Source: Candidatus Omnitrophota bacterium (GTDB lineage Bacteria; Omnitrophota; Gorgyraeia; Zapsychrales; JANLHA01). Taken from it: a stretch of 32,000 bases of DNA. How positions within the stretch are numbered: the stretch's first letter is position 1; each line of letters starts with the position of its first letter. Below are positions 1 to 9,329 of the stretch, piece after piece. The stretch is taken from positions 2,970,001 through 3,002,000 of the forward strand of contig OY759724.1 of the NCBI GenBank assembly GCA_963662715.1. The letters run 5' to 3'. The notes below the pieces were generated by a model. The model was not told the origin of the DNA and did not search any database. It was given only the letters and a program-made list of their open reading frames with translations. The position numbers and the translations under genes are program-made.

Positions 1-930
1 TTTTTGACCGTCGCATTCATATTTATAATTGCTGCCCGCTATTTCCTCAATATCCCCGGGGCCTCATTCATAAATGTGTTTGTTCCTTTTGGACTTTTAA
101 CGGCTTCTTTAGCCGTTCCGACAGATCCCTCCGCAACACTTGCCGTCATGCATGAGTATAAAGCCAAAGGAGACGTAAGTTCAACCATCATGGGAATCGC
201 AGCTTTTGATGATATCTTAGGTATCATCAATTACAGCCTGGCTGTAGTTGTGGCAACGGTTCTTATTTCCCATACACCCTTGACCGCAAACACAGTTGTT
301 ATAAAGCCGCTGATCATGATCGGAGGCGCCTTTCTGTTAGGAATAATCTTTGGAATTATCTTTAATGTCATTACGAAACTTATTAAACGGGAAACGGAAG
401 GTATGTTTATCGTGCTTATCTTCGGGCTCTTATCCCTTTGTTTCGGCACGGCCTCTTTGCTTAAAATCGACGAACTGCTGGCGCTCGTTTCCATGGGATG
501 CGTCGTGGTTAACTTTAACCATGCCCATGTGAAAATTTTTACTATGCTGGAACGTTACACCGAAGAACTTATATTTGTTCTCTTTTTTACTATAAGCGGC
601 ATGCATCTTAATTTTTCTGTCATCAGCGAAAACTGGATGCTTATTGTTTTATTTATCCTGTTCCGGACCATTGGAAAATATTTGGGGGTGATGACAGGAA
701 GTCATTTATCTCACGCTTCTTTTAAAATCAGAAAATACGTGACCGGCGGACTCATTCCCCAGGGGGGCATTGTGATCGGGTTAGCCCTTTTAACACAGCA
801 GGAAGTCATATTTTCTTCATTTTCCAATATCCTGATTAATATCATTATCGGAGCGACGGTTTTTCATGAACTCCTCGGCCCGGTAGCGGCAAAAATTTCT
901 CTCTTGAAAGCCGGAGAGATAAAGCATTAA
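1..930 (+). CDS. Cation:proton antiporter (Na+/H+ exchanger family), C-terminal portion; 5' end lies outside the window
   Basis: The frame is open from base 1 (track ORF 4..930; bases 1-3 are in frame), so no true start is visible. The product is a polytopic hydrophobic protein. It has a TDPSAT segment and a G-rich IPQGGIVIGLAL segment typical of CPA-type Na_H_Exchanger transporters. Confidence 0.75.
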   Translation, partial: FLTVAFIFIIAARYFLNIPGASFINVFVPFGLLTASLAVPTDPSATLAVMHEYKAKGDVSSTIMGIAAFDDILGIINYSLAVVVATVLISHTPLTANTVVIKPLIMIGGAFLLGIIFGIIFNVITKLIKRETEGMFIVLIFGLLSLCFGTASLLKIDELLALVSMGCVVVNFNHAHVKIFTMLERYTEELIFVLFFTISGMHLNFSVISENWMLIVLFILFRTIGKYLGVMTGSHLSHASFKIRKYVTGGLIPQGGIVIGLALLTQQEVIFSSFSNILINIIIGATVFHELLGPVAAKISLLKAGEIKH

Positions 931-996
931 AGCAGAGGCGAAGCTACATGAGGCCTTTAGACACTCCCGGCTCGCGTATCTTTTCTCAAAAAACGT

Positions 997-1410
997 TCAG
1001 CCTCCGGTCTGTGACCGCAGGGTTATAACGATGTCAATAATAATAGCGGATATGGAAAGAATAAAGATAATCAGATAGTTGAGGTTTTCCCGGGAACGCT
1101 CGATGGATGTCAGCAGGTAAGTCAGCCCTTTGCGTTCCTGAGGATCAAGGGCATGCCCCTGTTCAAGTTTTGTAATGAGTGTCTGGCCGTGCACGGCATG
1201 CTTCCGTTTGCGGGAAATGTGATAACGGAAAAGGAAGAAGATCAGATTGGTGATCACGGCTAAATACCATAAAAGACGCACATAAGACGGGTGGGAATGC
1301 TGTACAATAATAATAGCGCGGAAAGAAAACGCCGAGGTCACGCCGACTAGGAAGAAAAGTGTCGCTACAGATTTAGGAAGGGCTTTCGGTTCACGCATAC
1401 TTTTTATCAT
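997..1410 (-). CDS. Small integral membrane protein of unknown function (start uncertain; maximal ORF reaches 1488)
   Basis: Only minus-strand ORF not shadowed by a + strand gene. It has three or four hydrophobic segments and a charged central loop (RKRKHAVHGQ...DPQERKG). Using the internal Met at 1410 or 1398 leaves a ~75-bp divergent intergenic region before the + strand gene at 1487. The maximal ORF would abut the RBS and ATG of that gene. Confidence 0.45.
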   Translation of the reverse strand: MIKSMREPKALPKSVATLFFLVGVTSAFSFRAIIIVQHSHPSYVRLLWYLAVITNLIFFLFRYHISRKRKHAVHGQTLITKLEQGHALDPQERKGLTYLLTSIERSRENLNYLIIFILSISAIIIDIVITLRSQTGG

Positions 1411-1486
1411 AATGGGATTTCTGTTTTTTGCAAAGAGCAAAATGAAGCAATAAAAGCAAGCTGACGAATCAAGGAGGCATAGGATC

Positions 1487-2236
1487 ATGCAAAACTGGGT
1501 TTATGATGAACATAGACATTGCGGAGTAAATTATTCGGATGAAGACACGGCAGAAGATTATGACCGGCGACATCAGGCTTTCCGGGACTATGAAAGGGAA
1601 TTTAACGGCATGATAGAATTTCTTGATTTAAAAGACCTGCATGAACTTTCGGTTATGGATTTGGGATGCGGGACCGGGGCCGTGTCAATTTACGCGGCCG
1701 AACGTTTCAAAAAAGTCCGCGGCATCGATGTGTCTGAAGTCATGATTCAGCAGGCAAGAAAAAAAATGCCTGATACGGCTCATAGTCATGTGGAATTCAT
1801 CCTCGGCGGATTTCTTAGCTACCGGCATGAAGATGAACCCGTGGATGTCTTGATGACGAAAGCGGCCCTTCATCATCTGCCTGACTTTTGGAAGCAAGTG
1901 GCATTATTAAAAATGAACACAATGTTAAAACCCGAAGGAATATTATATATTCATGATGTTGTCTTTCATTTTGAAGCTGCCCAGTATAATGATAAAATAA
2001 GCCGCTGGATTTCTGCTTTTGAAAAAAAGGCAGGGGAAAAATTCCGAGATGAGGTTGAAACACATATTCGGGAGGAGTATAGTACATTCAAATGGATTTT
2101 AGACGGCATGCTCGAACGGGCCGGATTCCGTATCGAGAAATGCCGTACGGATGACGGTTTTGTAACGGAATATCATTGCATGAAAATGAGACCGGTCGGG
2201 GAAGAGGTCTTCGGGAAATTTCCGGACAAAATATAA
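1487..2236 (+). CDS. Class I SAM-dependent methyltransferase
   Basis: SAM-binding motif I VMDLGCGTGAVS, followed by an acidic residue (GIDVSE) and post-I/II motifs (LKPEGILYIHD). RBS AAGGAGG at 1469-1475. Confidence 0.85.
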   Translation: MQNWVYDEHRHCGVNYSDEDTAEDYDRRHQAFRDYEREFNGMIEFLDLKDLHELSVMDLGCGTGAVSIYAAERFKKVRGIDVSEVMIQQARKKMPDTAHSHVEFILGGFLSYRHEDEPVDVLMTKAALHHLPDFWKQVALLKMNTMLKPEGILYIHDVVFHFEAAQYNDKISRWISAFEKKAGEKFRDEVETHIREEYSTFKWILDGMLERAGFRIEKCRTDDGFVTEYHCMKMRPVGEEVFGKFPDKI

Positions 2237-2267
2237 AAACATGAGAAATATCACAAAGGACCCAAAC

Positions 2268-3218
2268 ATGAAACTAAAACATTTGCTGATTTTAGCTGTA
2301 ATTTTTTTCTTCACTTCAACCGGTTCCGCCCAGGAGGCGCCGGAACTAAGCCGGCTTTCAGAGCATGTTTATGCTTATATCGGGATTACCCAGGCTTCGC
2401 CGTCTGCCAACAGTTTCGGGGCGAACTGCGGTGTCATCATCGGTTCTGACGCCGTTATGGTTATTGACACTCTTGTTTCTGCGAAAAAAGCCCGGGCCTT
2501 GATATCCCAGATTGAGGAAATCACCGACACGCCGATCAAATATGTCGCAAACACGCATTATCACCTGGATCATGCCTGGGGAAACTGTGAGTTTGAAAAA
2601 CTGGGGGCCGTTATTATCGCCCATGAAAACGCTCCTTTATCCGAAGAACAAATCGAATATGCGCTAACTCATCCCGAAGATTTCGGTATGACGGCCGAGG
2701 ACCTTACCGGGACAACAGTGAGTCTGCCCCGGATAACTTTCCGTGATTCCATGAATGTTGATTTAGGCGGCGTCACGGTCAAATTGCATTTCCCCGGACC
2801 GTCCCATACGCAGGACAGCATCACGGCCTACGTGAATGAAGATAACATCCTCTTTACCGGCGACGCTGTTTTTAACAAATATCATCCGTTTCTGGGAGAA
2901 GGGGACATCTCCAGCTGGATTAAGATCCTGTCAGAACTGGAGCAATCAACGGCCGCTGTCATTGTGCCTGGGCATGGCCCGGCAGCCACCCGACAGGATT
3001 TGCGGGACCTCGCCGACTATCTCGAAGAGTTTGACGAAAATGCCAGACGCCTATGTGATAAAAAAACGCAGGATGATGCCCCGGCCGTCGCGGAAGAATT
3101 ATTAAAACTGCTCCCGGAGCAAGGCAGAACGGAAATGCCCGTTTTGGTAGAGATGAATCTCCGCACCAAATATCTCCCGTCATCCCCGGGAAAAACAGCA
3201 GGCACGGGAACCCATTAA
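2268..3218 (+). CDS. Secreted MBL-fold metallo-hydrolase
   Basis: HxHxDH zinc motif (NTHYHLDHAWGN) plus downstream HTQDS, TGD and PGHGP motifs. N-terminal signal peptide MKLKHLLILAVIFFFTSTGSAQE. I chose the start at 2268 over 2241 because AAAGGA sits 7 nt upstream. Confidence 0.85.
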   Translation: MKLKHLLILAVIFFFTSTGSAQEAPELSRLSEHVYAYIGITQASPSANSFGANCGVIIGSDAVMVIDTLVSAKKARALISQIEEITDTPIKYVANTHYHLDHAWGNCEFEKLGAVIIAHENAPLSEEQIEYALTHPEDFGMTAEDLTGTTVSLPRITFRDSMNVDLGGVTVKLHFPGPSHTQDSITAYVNEDNILFTGDAVFNKYHPFLGEGDISSWIKILSELEQSTAAVIVPGHGPAATRQDLRDLADYLEEFDENARRLCDKKTQDDAPAVAEELLKLLPEQGRTEMPVLVEMNLRTKYLPSSPGKTAGTGTH

Positions 3219-3236
3219 ATAAGGAGGATTGCAAAT

Positions 3237-4301
3237 ATGCCGCGCAATATAAAAAAGCAATCTAAGATGGCCGGATTGCCGCCAGGGACTTTAATTCATA
3301 TCGGAGAAAAGAATCCGGGAAAGACAAAGATCACGCTGTTAACGTATGATCAGGATCATTATGAGAAGAAAATACTCAACACAATTCAGGAATGCTTCAT
3401 CTATAAAGACACCCCGCAAATCAAATGGATCAACATTGACGGCCTTCAGGATGTCGGGCTTATTCAGCAATTGGACGAACATTTCGGGATACATCCCCTG
3501 GTCCTGGAGGATATCCTGAACACGGGACAACGTCCCAAAATCGAAAATTTCGAAAATTATCTCTTCATTGTCCTGAAAATGATTTATTTATCGCCGCAAG
3601 GGAACGATATTGTATCCGAACAGGTGAGTCTGATCGTGGGGCAGAATATCTGCATCTCTTTTCAGGAAAAAGAGGGGGATGTCTTTGATCCTGTCAGAAA
3701 ACGCCTTGAAGAGAACAAAGGCCGGATAAGAAAACTGGGGGTTGATTATCTGGCATATGCTTTACTGGACGCCATTGTTGACAATTACTACGTCGTTCTG
3801 GAAAAATTTGCCGAAGATATGGAAATACTGGATGAGACGCTGATGAACGGTTCGGAGATAACGACGGCCCGGAAGATCCATAAATTAAAAAGAGTTATGA
3901 TTGATTTAAGAAAACAAATATGGCCTCTACGGGAGATCATCGGCAGTCTGCAGAGAGGCGAGTCAAAACTCATAAAAAAGACGACAGTCCTTTATCTGAG
4001 GGATATCTATGATCATATCATCCAGGTCATGGATAATATCGATACCTCCAGGGATATGCTGTCCGGGATGCACGATGTTTATCTTTCCTCCATAAGCAAT
4101 AAAATGAATGAAATCATGAAAACCCTCACCATTTTTGCTGCTATTTTCATTCCTCTTACTTTTGTTGCCGGTATCTATGGCATGAATTTTGAATTCATGC
4201 CCGAACTGAAATGGCGATGGGGCTATCTAGCCGTACTGGGGCTCATGTCAGGAATAGGGGTGGGGTTGATCGTTTATTTTAAAAAGAAAAAATGGTTCTG
4301 A
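3237..4301 (+). CDS. corA: CorA-family magnesium/cobalt transporter
   Basis: Signature YGMNFEFMPEL (GMN motif) between two C-terminal TM helices, with a large acidic N-terminal domain. RBS AAGGAGG at 3222-3228. Confidence 0.92.
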   Translation: MPRNIKKQSKMAGLPPGTLIHIGEKNPGKTKITLLTYDQDHYEKKILNTIQECFIYKDTPQIKWINIDGLQDVGLIQQLDEHFGIHPLVLEDILNTGQRPKIENFENYLFIVLKMIYLSPQGNDIVSEQVSLIVGQNICISFQEKEGDVFDPVRKRLEENKGRIRKLGVDYLAYALLDAIVDNYYVVLEKFAEDMEILDETLMNGSEITTARKIHKLKRVMIDLRKQIWPLREIIGSLQRGESKLIKKTTVLYLRDIYDHIIQVMDNIDTSRDMLSGMHDVYLSSISNKMNEIMKTLTIFAAIFIPLTFVAGIYGMNFEFMPELKWRWGYLAVLGLMSGIGVGLIVYFKKKKWF

Positions 4302-4344
4302 TCTGGCCATCCCGGAAACCTGCCCTGACGATAAATAACCGCTG

Positions 4345-5913
4345 ATGAATATCAACTGTATTCTTACCAGAAAATTTACGAGTCTTTTTTCCATAAGCAT
4401 GCTCGCAATATACGCCGCCGGGATTCAGCTGTTGGCGTTTTTTGACAAATCCTCCTTTTCCTCTGTGGTGTTATTCAGCTTCAATGACGTAACCGGCATG
4501 AATTTTTTGGTCGCCTGTACGAACGTTCTCGTATTTTTAGCTGGTTTCCTCCTGATTTTCTTTGTCCCCGGGTGGATCTTCATGGTCCGGACCAAAAGGC
4601 AGGCTCCACCTGCGACATTGACCGGTTCCGCCTTTCTCCTAAGCCTCTTAATCCTGATAGCTGTCAGCACCATTTTTAAATTATTTGTCCCGTTTGCTCT
4701 TAACCGGACAATTTTTTTCACATTATTGGCCTTCCTGGTATGTATTCAGCTTCTCATATCCTGGCTGCGGCCGGTAAGTCCGCGAGAGGAACACCGGGAT
4801 ATTCCGATAAATCTCAGGGATCTGGCCCCTTACATCTCGCTGCTCCTTATTGTCAGTTCTTTTGTTTTTATCTTTCGTGAAAACGTCTTTGATTCCCGCA
4901 GAATGGGATATGATTTTAACGAAGAGAACATCCTGGCTATTCCGCTGGGCCAGCAAACAGACCTTTTGGAAAGATTCGGCCTGGCCGACAGTCTCAACAC
5001 GCAGCTTTTCCCGTATTGGGATCTGGAATACGCCGACACATTCGGCTATGTTTTCACCGACCCGCCCTTATACGCTTTTGTTAACAATTTTTCGATCCTG
5101 CTTTTCGGAGAGACCAAAACAACCCTGCGGCTGGTCTCGATAGCGTTTATCGCCATAATGTTTTTAGCCATCATGGCCCAAGGCCGGCCCGGAAAGTCTT
5201 TAAGGTTCGGGATCTGCGGTCTGCTGTCAATTTCGTATCTTATGTTTTTTATCGGAAGAATTGACGAGCTTATCTATACAGTCCCGTTTTTCTCTTTCCT
5301 GCTGACAATAGCCTATCTTTATCTCATGCGCGCAAATTTCCGTATGTTCCTTTTATTTGCCGTTGCTGCGACCTTGACGAAGTTCTACGGAGTCTTTTTC
5401 ACTCTGCTGGCGTTGGTAATATTCGCATTACTTTTTAGCGAACACAGAGAGGGATGTCTGAAGGTCCTGAAGCAATATATCTTTTTTGTCGCCGGATGTG
5501 TTCTTTTTGTCGCCGCTGTAGGCCAGTTTTCCGGGCATTCGGCTATTTACTGGAGAAATTTTGTCATTGAACATTTCCTCCGTTTGGATGTGTTGCATGT
5601 CCTGGATAAAACCTATCCGCACCTGGTGGTTAACGATCCCGCATTCAAGTTCAGCGGGGGCTGGCAGCTCATAAAAGGATGCCTCTGGGCCACGGCATTT
5701 ATGTTTCCCGCTTTATTCATCTTCGGCAGGAACCGGGAAGAAAATTTTTATTCTCTGATCGGATTGATCTATACTATACTTATATTCTCCAGCCGTTTTC
5801 ATATGGAAAGATATATTATTCTTCTCATCCCGTTTACCGCCATTGTCCTTTGCAGTAAACTGGAGCGCTGGACAAAAAAAAATAAAGCAGGACCGGGCAT
5901 CCAGAAATCATGA
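4345..5913 (+). CDS. Polytopic integral membrane protein (possible GT-C-type glycosyltransferase / polymerase-like)
   Basis: 522 aa with at least 10 hydrophobic helices and a ~100-aa hydrophilic loop (res ~150-250). The stop overlaps the start of the radical SAM gene (ATGA at 5910-5913). The GT-C assignment comes from architecture and gene context only; I could not identify a catalytic motif by eye. Confidence 0.55.
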   Translation: MNINCILTRKFTSLFSISMLAIYAAGIQLLAFFDKSSFSSVVLFSFNDVTGMNFLVACTNVLVFLAGFLLIFFVPGWIFMVRTKRQAPPATLTGSAFLLSLLILIAVSTIFKLFVPFALNRTIFFTLLAFLVCIQLLISWLRPVSPREEHRDIPINLRDLAPYISLLLIVSSFVFIFRENVFDSRRMGYDFNEENILAIPLGQQTDLLERFGLADSLNTQLFPYWDLEYADTFGYVFTDPPLYAFVNNFSILLFGETKTTLRLVSIAFIAIMFLAIMAQGRPGKSLRFGICGLLSISYLMFFIGRIDELIYTVPFFSFLLTIAYLYLMRANFRMFLLFAVAATLTKFYGVFFTLLALVIFALLFSEHREGCLKVLKQYIFFVAGCVLFVAAVGQFSGHSAIYWRNFVIEHFLRLDVLHVLDKTYPHLVVNDPAFKFSGGWQLIKGCLWATAFMFPALFIFGRNREENFYSLIGLIYTILIFSSRFHMERYIILLIPFTAIVLCSKLERWTKKNKAGPGIQKS

Positions 5914-7052
5914 CCTCACTTCTCGATCTTTATAAGAAAATAAAACGTCAATACATCAACCTTTCCCTGATCAGGGCCGCGTCCCTCAAAGACTACCTGT
6001 TTCATTTGCCGTCTTTTTTGTTTGGCTATTTTTCTAGAAGCGGGGAGGCTCCGTTTCCGCTGAACATCACCCTGGATTTATCGTACCATTGTAATTTAAA
6101 ATGCCCTTTTTGCTTCCTGTATGACCAGGGGCGTCCCGGGGATGCTGATGAAGGTGAGGATTTATTAAGTTATGAAGAGATTGAACGGCTGCTTGTTTCC
6201 CTCAAAGGAAAGACAACGACTTTTTTCCTGACAGGCGGGGAACCGACATTAAGAAAAGATTTCTCCGATATCGTCGGACTGATCAAAGCTTACCCATTCC
6301 GCTGCGGCGCGGTCACGAATGGAACGGTTCTTACGGAATCCCTGTCAACGGCTTTGATCGATCATAGACTGGATTATCTGTTTTTTTCCCTGGACGGCCC
6401 TGAGGCTGTTCATGATGCCCTGCGGGGCAAGGGGGCTTTTAGAAAAACGTGCGAGAATATCAAATATCTGTCGAAAACGCGAAAAGACAGAACACCGCGC
6501 ATCATTATGGGGGCAACGCTGCTGCCCGGGAATCAGGAAAAATTAAGAGACCTTATCGATATTGCCGATGATCTGGGCATTGACGGCATCGCCCTGAGTT
6601 TCCTGTCCTTTCTCACCGATAAGGAATACGCGGCCCATAAAACCTCGTTCGCGGAATTTTTCCCGGATGAAGAATTCCGAAGTTCTGTTTATGTGCAGAA
6701 ATTTGCCGATTGCGATCCGGAGAAACTGCCTGCCTTGATAAAAGAAGCACGGCGGTACGCTGACAAAAAAGACGTGCCGATGTTTTTAAAACCGGATTTA
6801 AAAGAGTCGGAACTGAAGATGTGGTTTAAACAGGAATTCCGTTTGGCCCGTACATGTATCTATCCCTGGAATGTCCTGCGGATTTCGCCCAAAGGAGATG
6901 TTTACCCGTGTGCTCAATTTCATATCAAAATGGGCAATATACGCCAGGCACCGCTCGGCGAGATATGGAATAACAGGAAGTTTCGTGATTTCAGGAATTA
7001 TTTGAAAGCGCAGAAAACACCTGCCGGATGCAACAGGTGCTGCAAACTTTAA
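5910..7052 (+). CDS. Radical SAM enzyme with C-terminal SPASM/twitch-type Cys cluster
   Basis: CxxxCxxC motif (YHCNLKCPFCF) and GGEPTL SAM-binding motif. The C-terminus CIYPWNVLRISPKGDVYPCAQ...GNI...LGEIWNN...GCNRCC matches the SPASM pattern. Confidence 0.85.
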   Translation: MTSLLDLYKKIKRQYINLSLIRAASLKDYLFHLPSFLFGYFSRSGEAPFPLNITLDLSYHCNLKCPFCFLYDQGRPGDADEGEDLLSYEEIERLLVSLKGKTTTFFLTGGEPTLRKDFSDIVGLIKAYPFRCGAVTNGTVLTESLSTALIDHRLDYLFFSLDGPEAVHDALRGKGAFRKTCENIKYLSKTRKDRTPRIIMGATLLPGNQEKLRDLIDIADDLGIDGIALSFLSFLTDKEYAAHKTSFAEFFPDEEFRSSVYVQKFADCDPEKLPALIKEARRYADKKDVPMFLKPDLKESELKMWFKQEFRLARTCIYPWNVLRISPKGDVYPCAQFHIKMGNIRQAPLGEIWNNRKFRDFRNYLKAQKTPAGCNRCCKL

Positions 7053-7063
7053 ACAACCAGCCA

Positions 7064-7801
7064 ATGAAAGATATTTCTATAATTATTCCCGCGTATAATG
7101 AGGCCCAAAATATCGAGCTCCTCTGCCATAAAATCCATGACGTTATGGCGAAGCTGGATAAGGACTATGAGCTGGTTTTTGTTGAAGGAGGGAGCCGTGA
7201 CAGGTCTTTTGACATCCTGCTGCGACTGCGGGAAAAATTTCCCCGCCTGACGATTGTTAAACTTAGAAAAAGATGTGATCAGTCCATATCTTTATCAGCC
7301 GGAATTCATTTCAGCCAAGGGGACGTTATTATCGCTATGGATTCTGACCTGCAGGATAACCCGGAGGACATTCCGCGGTTTTTAGAAGCGCTGAATAACA
7401 CCGATATTGTCTGCGGCTGGAGAAAATTGCGGCAGGATTCATCTATGAAAATTTTTGTTTCCCAGGCAGGGAACCGGGTCTTAGCATTTTTAACAGGTGT
7501 TCATGTGCACGACTCGAGCTGCACTTTTAAATCATTCCGGAGGGAGGCGGCAGAGGCTGTCAGCCTCAAACTGCATCCGGGGTTTCACCGTTTTATCCCC
7601 CTGATTGCAACAAAACTCGGCTTCAACATTCAGGAGATAGAAACAGACCACCATCCGCGCCTTTACGGGAGATCAAAATACACCTTTTTAAAGGTCTTTC
7701 CCGCGTTGTACGATTATATCCGGATCATGCTGAGCGATGAACAGTTAAAAGAATACCCCCGTGATAAGTTATTGAATTCTGTAAAAAGCGTTATTTCTTA
7801 A
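7064..7801 (+). CDS. Family 2 glycosyltransferase (polyprenyl-phosphate sugar synthase-like)
   Basis: ISIIIPAYNEAQNI opening strand and DSDLQD (DxD) motif, in the DPM1/ArnC/GtrB-like size class. The usual DDGSxD is replaced by EGGSRD. I chose the start at ATG 7064; the track start at 7028 would overlap the radical SAM gene by 25 nt. Confidence 0.8.
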   Translation: MKDISIIIPAYNEAQNIELLCHKIHDVMAKLDKDYELVFVEGGSRDRSFDILLRLREKFPRLTIVKLRKRCDQSISLSAGIHFSQGDVIIAMDSDLQDNPEDIPRFLEALNNTDIVCGWRKLRQDSSMKIFVSQAGNRVLAFLTGVHVHDSSCTFKSFRREAAEAVSLKLHPGFHRFIPLIATKLGFNIQEIETDHHPRLYGRSKYTFLKVFPALYDYIRIMLSDEQLKEYPRDKLLNSVKSVIS

Positions 7802-7941
7802 AAGATAAAGGCGTATTTTTTATTTTTCGGATTTCCCTGTCAGGGAAAGGAGGCCTTTGAGAATGAAAAACTGGGGTAACAATCCAGAAAAAAACAGATA
7901 TTAATCAAAGAATAGCTGTGTATCTATAAAGGAGACACTCT

Positions 7942-8472
7942 ATGAAACCCGACGAAAAAAAATGTGAAAAATGTCAAGAAAAAATGGCCATTCGCCTCAA
8001 CGGGCTACAGCCGCAAGGCTCCGGGATTAATGTCAGTTATGCTTATATTTGTCCCCGATGCGGGGCAACGCCTTGTTTTATCATGCATTGTGAAAATAAG
8101 GCCTCCCGATTTATCCCCCATGATGTTTTTATCAAACACAGCGCCGGGAATAAAGGGCAATATTTCCGCAACGATACGCTGGTTTGCGATGAACATTATG
8201 TCTCAACGAAAAAATCATCCCAGTTGAAAGGGATGATTTTTGTTTTTGGGGTGATCTCTCTCATAAGTCTTGTTGCGACTTTAGATGGGAATCGCCAGAT
8301 TCATTTAAATACCCCCCTGGGCATAACAGCTATCGTGGCCGGGATTATTACGGCGATTATTGCAGGCATAAAATACAAACACGATAATGATTACGCCCTT
8401 TTAAAAAAGAAAGAGTTTTCTTTTGCCAGGTTAAACAATGTCAATGTCATAGAAGATAAAGGGCTTGTATGA
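7942..8472 (+). CDS. Zinc-ribbon protein with C-terminal membrane anchor (hypothetical)
   Basis: CEKC...CPRC pairs at the N-terminus and two hydrophobic helices near the C-terminus (IFVFGVISLISLVA, ITAIVAGIITAIIAGI). RBS AAAGGAG at 7929-7935. Confidence 0.5.
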   Translation: MKPDEKKCEKCQEKMAIRLNGLQPQGSGINVSYAYICPRCGATPCFIMHCENKASRFIPHDVFIKHSAGNKGQYFRNDTLVCDEHYVSTKKSSQLKGMIFVFGVISLISLVATLDGNRQIHLNTPLGITAIVAGIITAIIAGIKYKHDNDYALLKKKEFSFARLNNVNVIEDKGLV

Positions 8473-8533
8473 TTCCAAGCAGCGTTTTGACTGCTTTAAC
8501 ACACCTTAACCGCTAAAAGAAAGGACACAGCCG

Positions 8534-9316
8534 GTGCAGGAAAGGACCGATAGCACATGGAAAGATACTGAGACAGCAAAAAGATTCCTCAAGGAAATGA
8601 TCGGGGCGATCCCGTTTGAAACTGAACAGCTTGACATTATGATGCGTCTGATCGCCCATCAAAGAGAGACCGTGACCTCCTTTTTGGATATCGGCTGTGG
8701 CAACGGTATTTTATCCGGAGTCATTCTCAACCGATACCCCCAAGCCCGGGGCATACTGCTGGACTTTAATGATACGATGCTTTCGGCCGCCCGGGAGAAA
8801 CTTTCAGCTTATGCCGACCGGATCAAATATATCAAGTCCGATTATGGGAATGATTCCCTGGAGAAAACTCTTTCCGGATATTCTGAAGGGGTGGATGTTA
8901 TTGTCTCGCGTTTTTCAATTCATCATCAGCCAGATAAACGCAAAAAAGAAGTTTATCAAGAGATATTCAACCTGCTGAACCCCGGGGGCATCTTCATCCA
9001 TATTGAACACGTTGCTCCCGCCGGCCCGTTGATGAAACCCGTGTTTGAAGATTATATGATCGACCATATCTATGATTACCACCGCAAAACAGGGGGGAAA
9101 AAAGACAGAAACGATATCGCCAGAGAATTCCGTGTCCGGCATGAAAAAGACACGGATATTATTGCTTCAGCCGAAGAGCAATGTGCCTGGCTGCGTGCAA
9201 AAGGATTCAGTGATGTTGAATGTTATTTTAAGATTTTTGAGATCGCCATATTCGGGGGACGAAAGACAAACAAGTGTGAAATTAATCGGCGTTTTCCAGA
9301 ATTAGGGGACGTTTAA
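8534..9316 (+). CDS. Class I SAM-dependent methyltransferase
   Basis: Motif I FLDIGCGNGILS, LLDFND acidic loop and LNPGGIFIHIE motif. GTG start with AAGAAAGGA upstream. Confidence 0.8.
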   Translation: MQERTDSTWKDTETAKRFLKEMIGAIPFETEQLDIMMRLIAHQRETVTSFLDIGCGNGILSGVILNRYPQARGILLDFNDTMLSAAREKLSAYADRIKYIKSDYGNDSLEKTLSGYSEGVDVIVSRFSIHHQPDKRKKEVYQEIFNLLNPGGIFIHIEHVAPAGPLMKPVFEDYMIDHIYDYHRKTGGKKDRNDIAREFRVRHEKDTDIIASAEEQCAWLRAKGFSDVECYFKIFEIAIFGGRKTNKCEINRRFPELGDV

Positions 9317-9329
9317 AAAGCACTAAAAA

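Noticed and set aside
7832-7848. Palindrome TTTCCCTG-T-CAGGGAAA after the GT2 gene as a terminator
   Set aside because: The T-run lies before the stem rather than after it. On the opposite strand the stem is followed by A-rich sequence, so it does not fit an intrinsic terminator on either strand. It may be a protein-binding site, but there is no second copy to support that.
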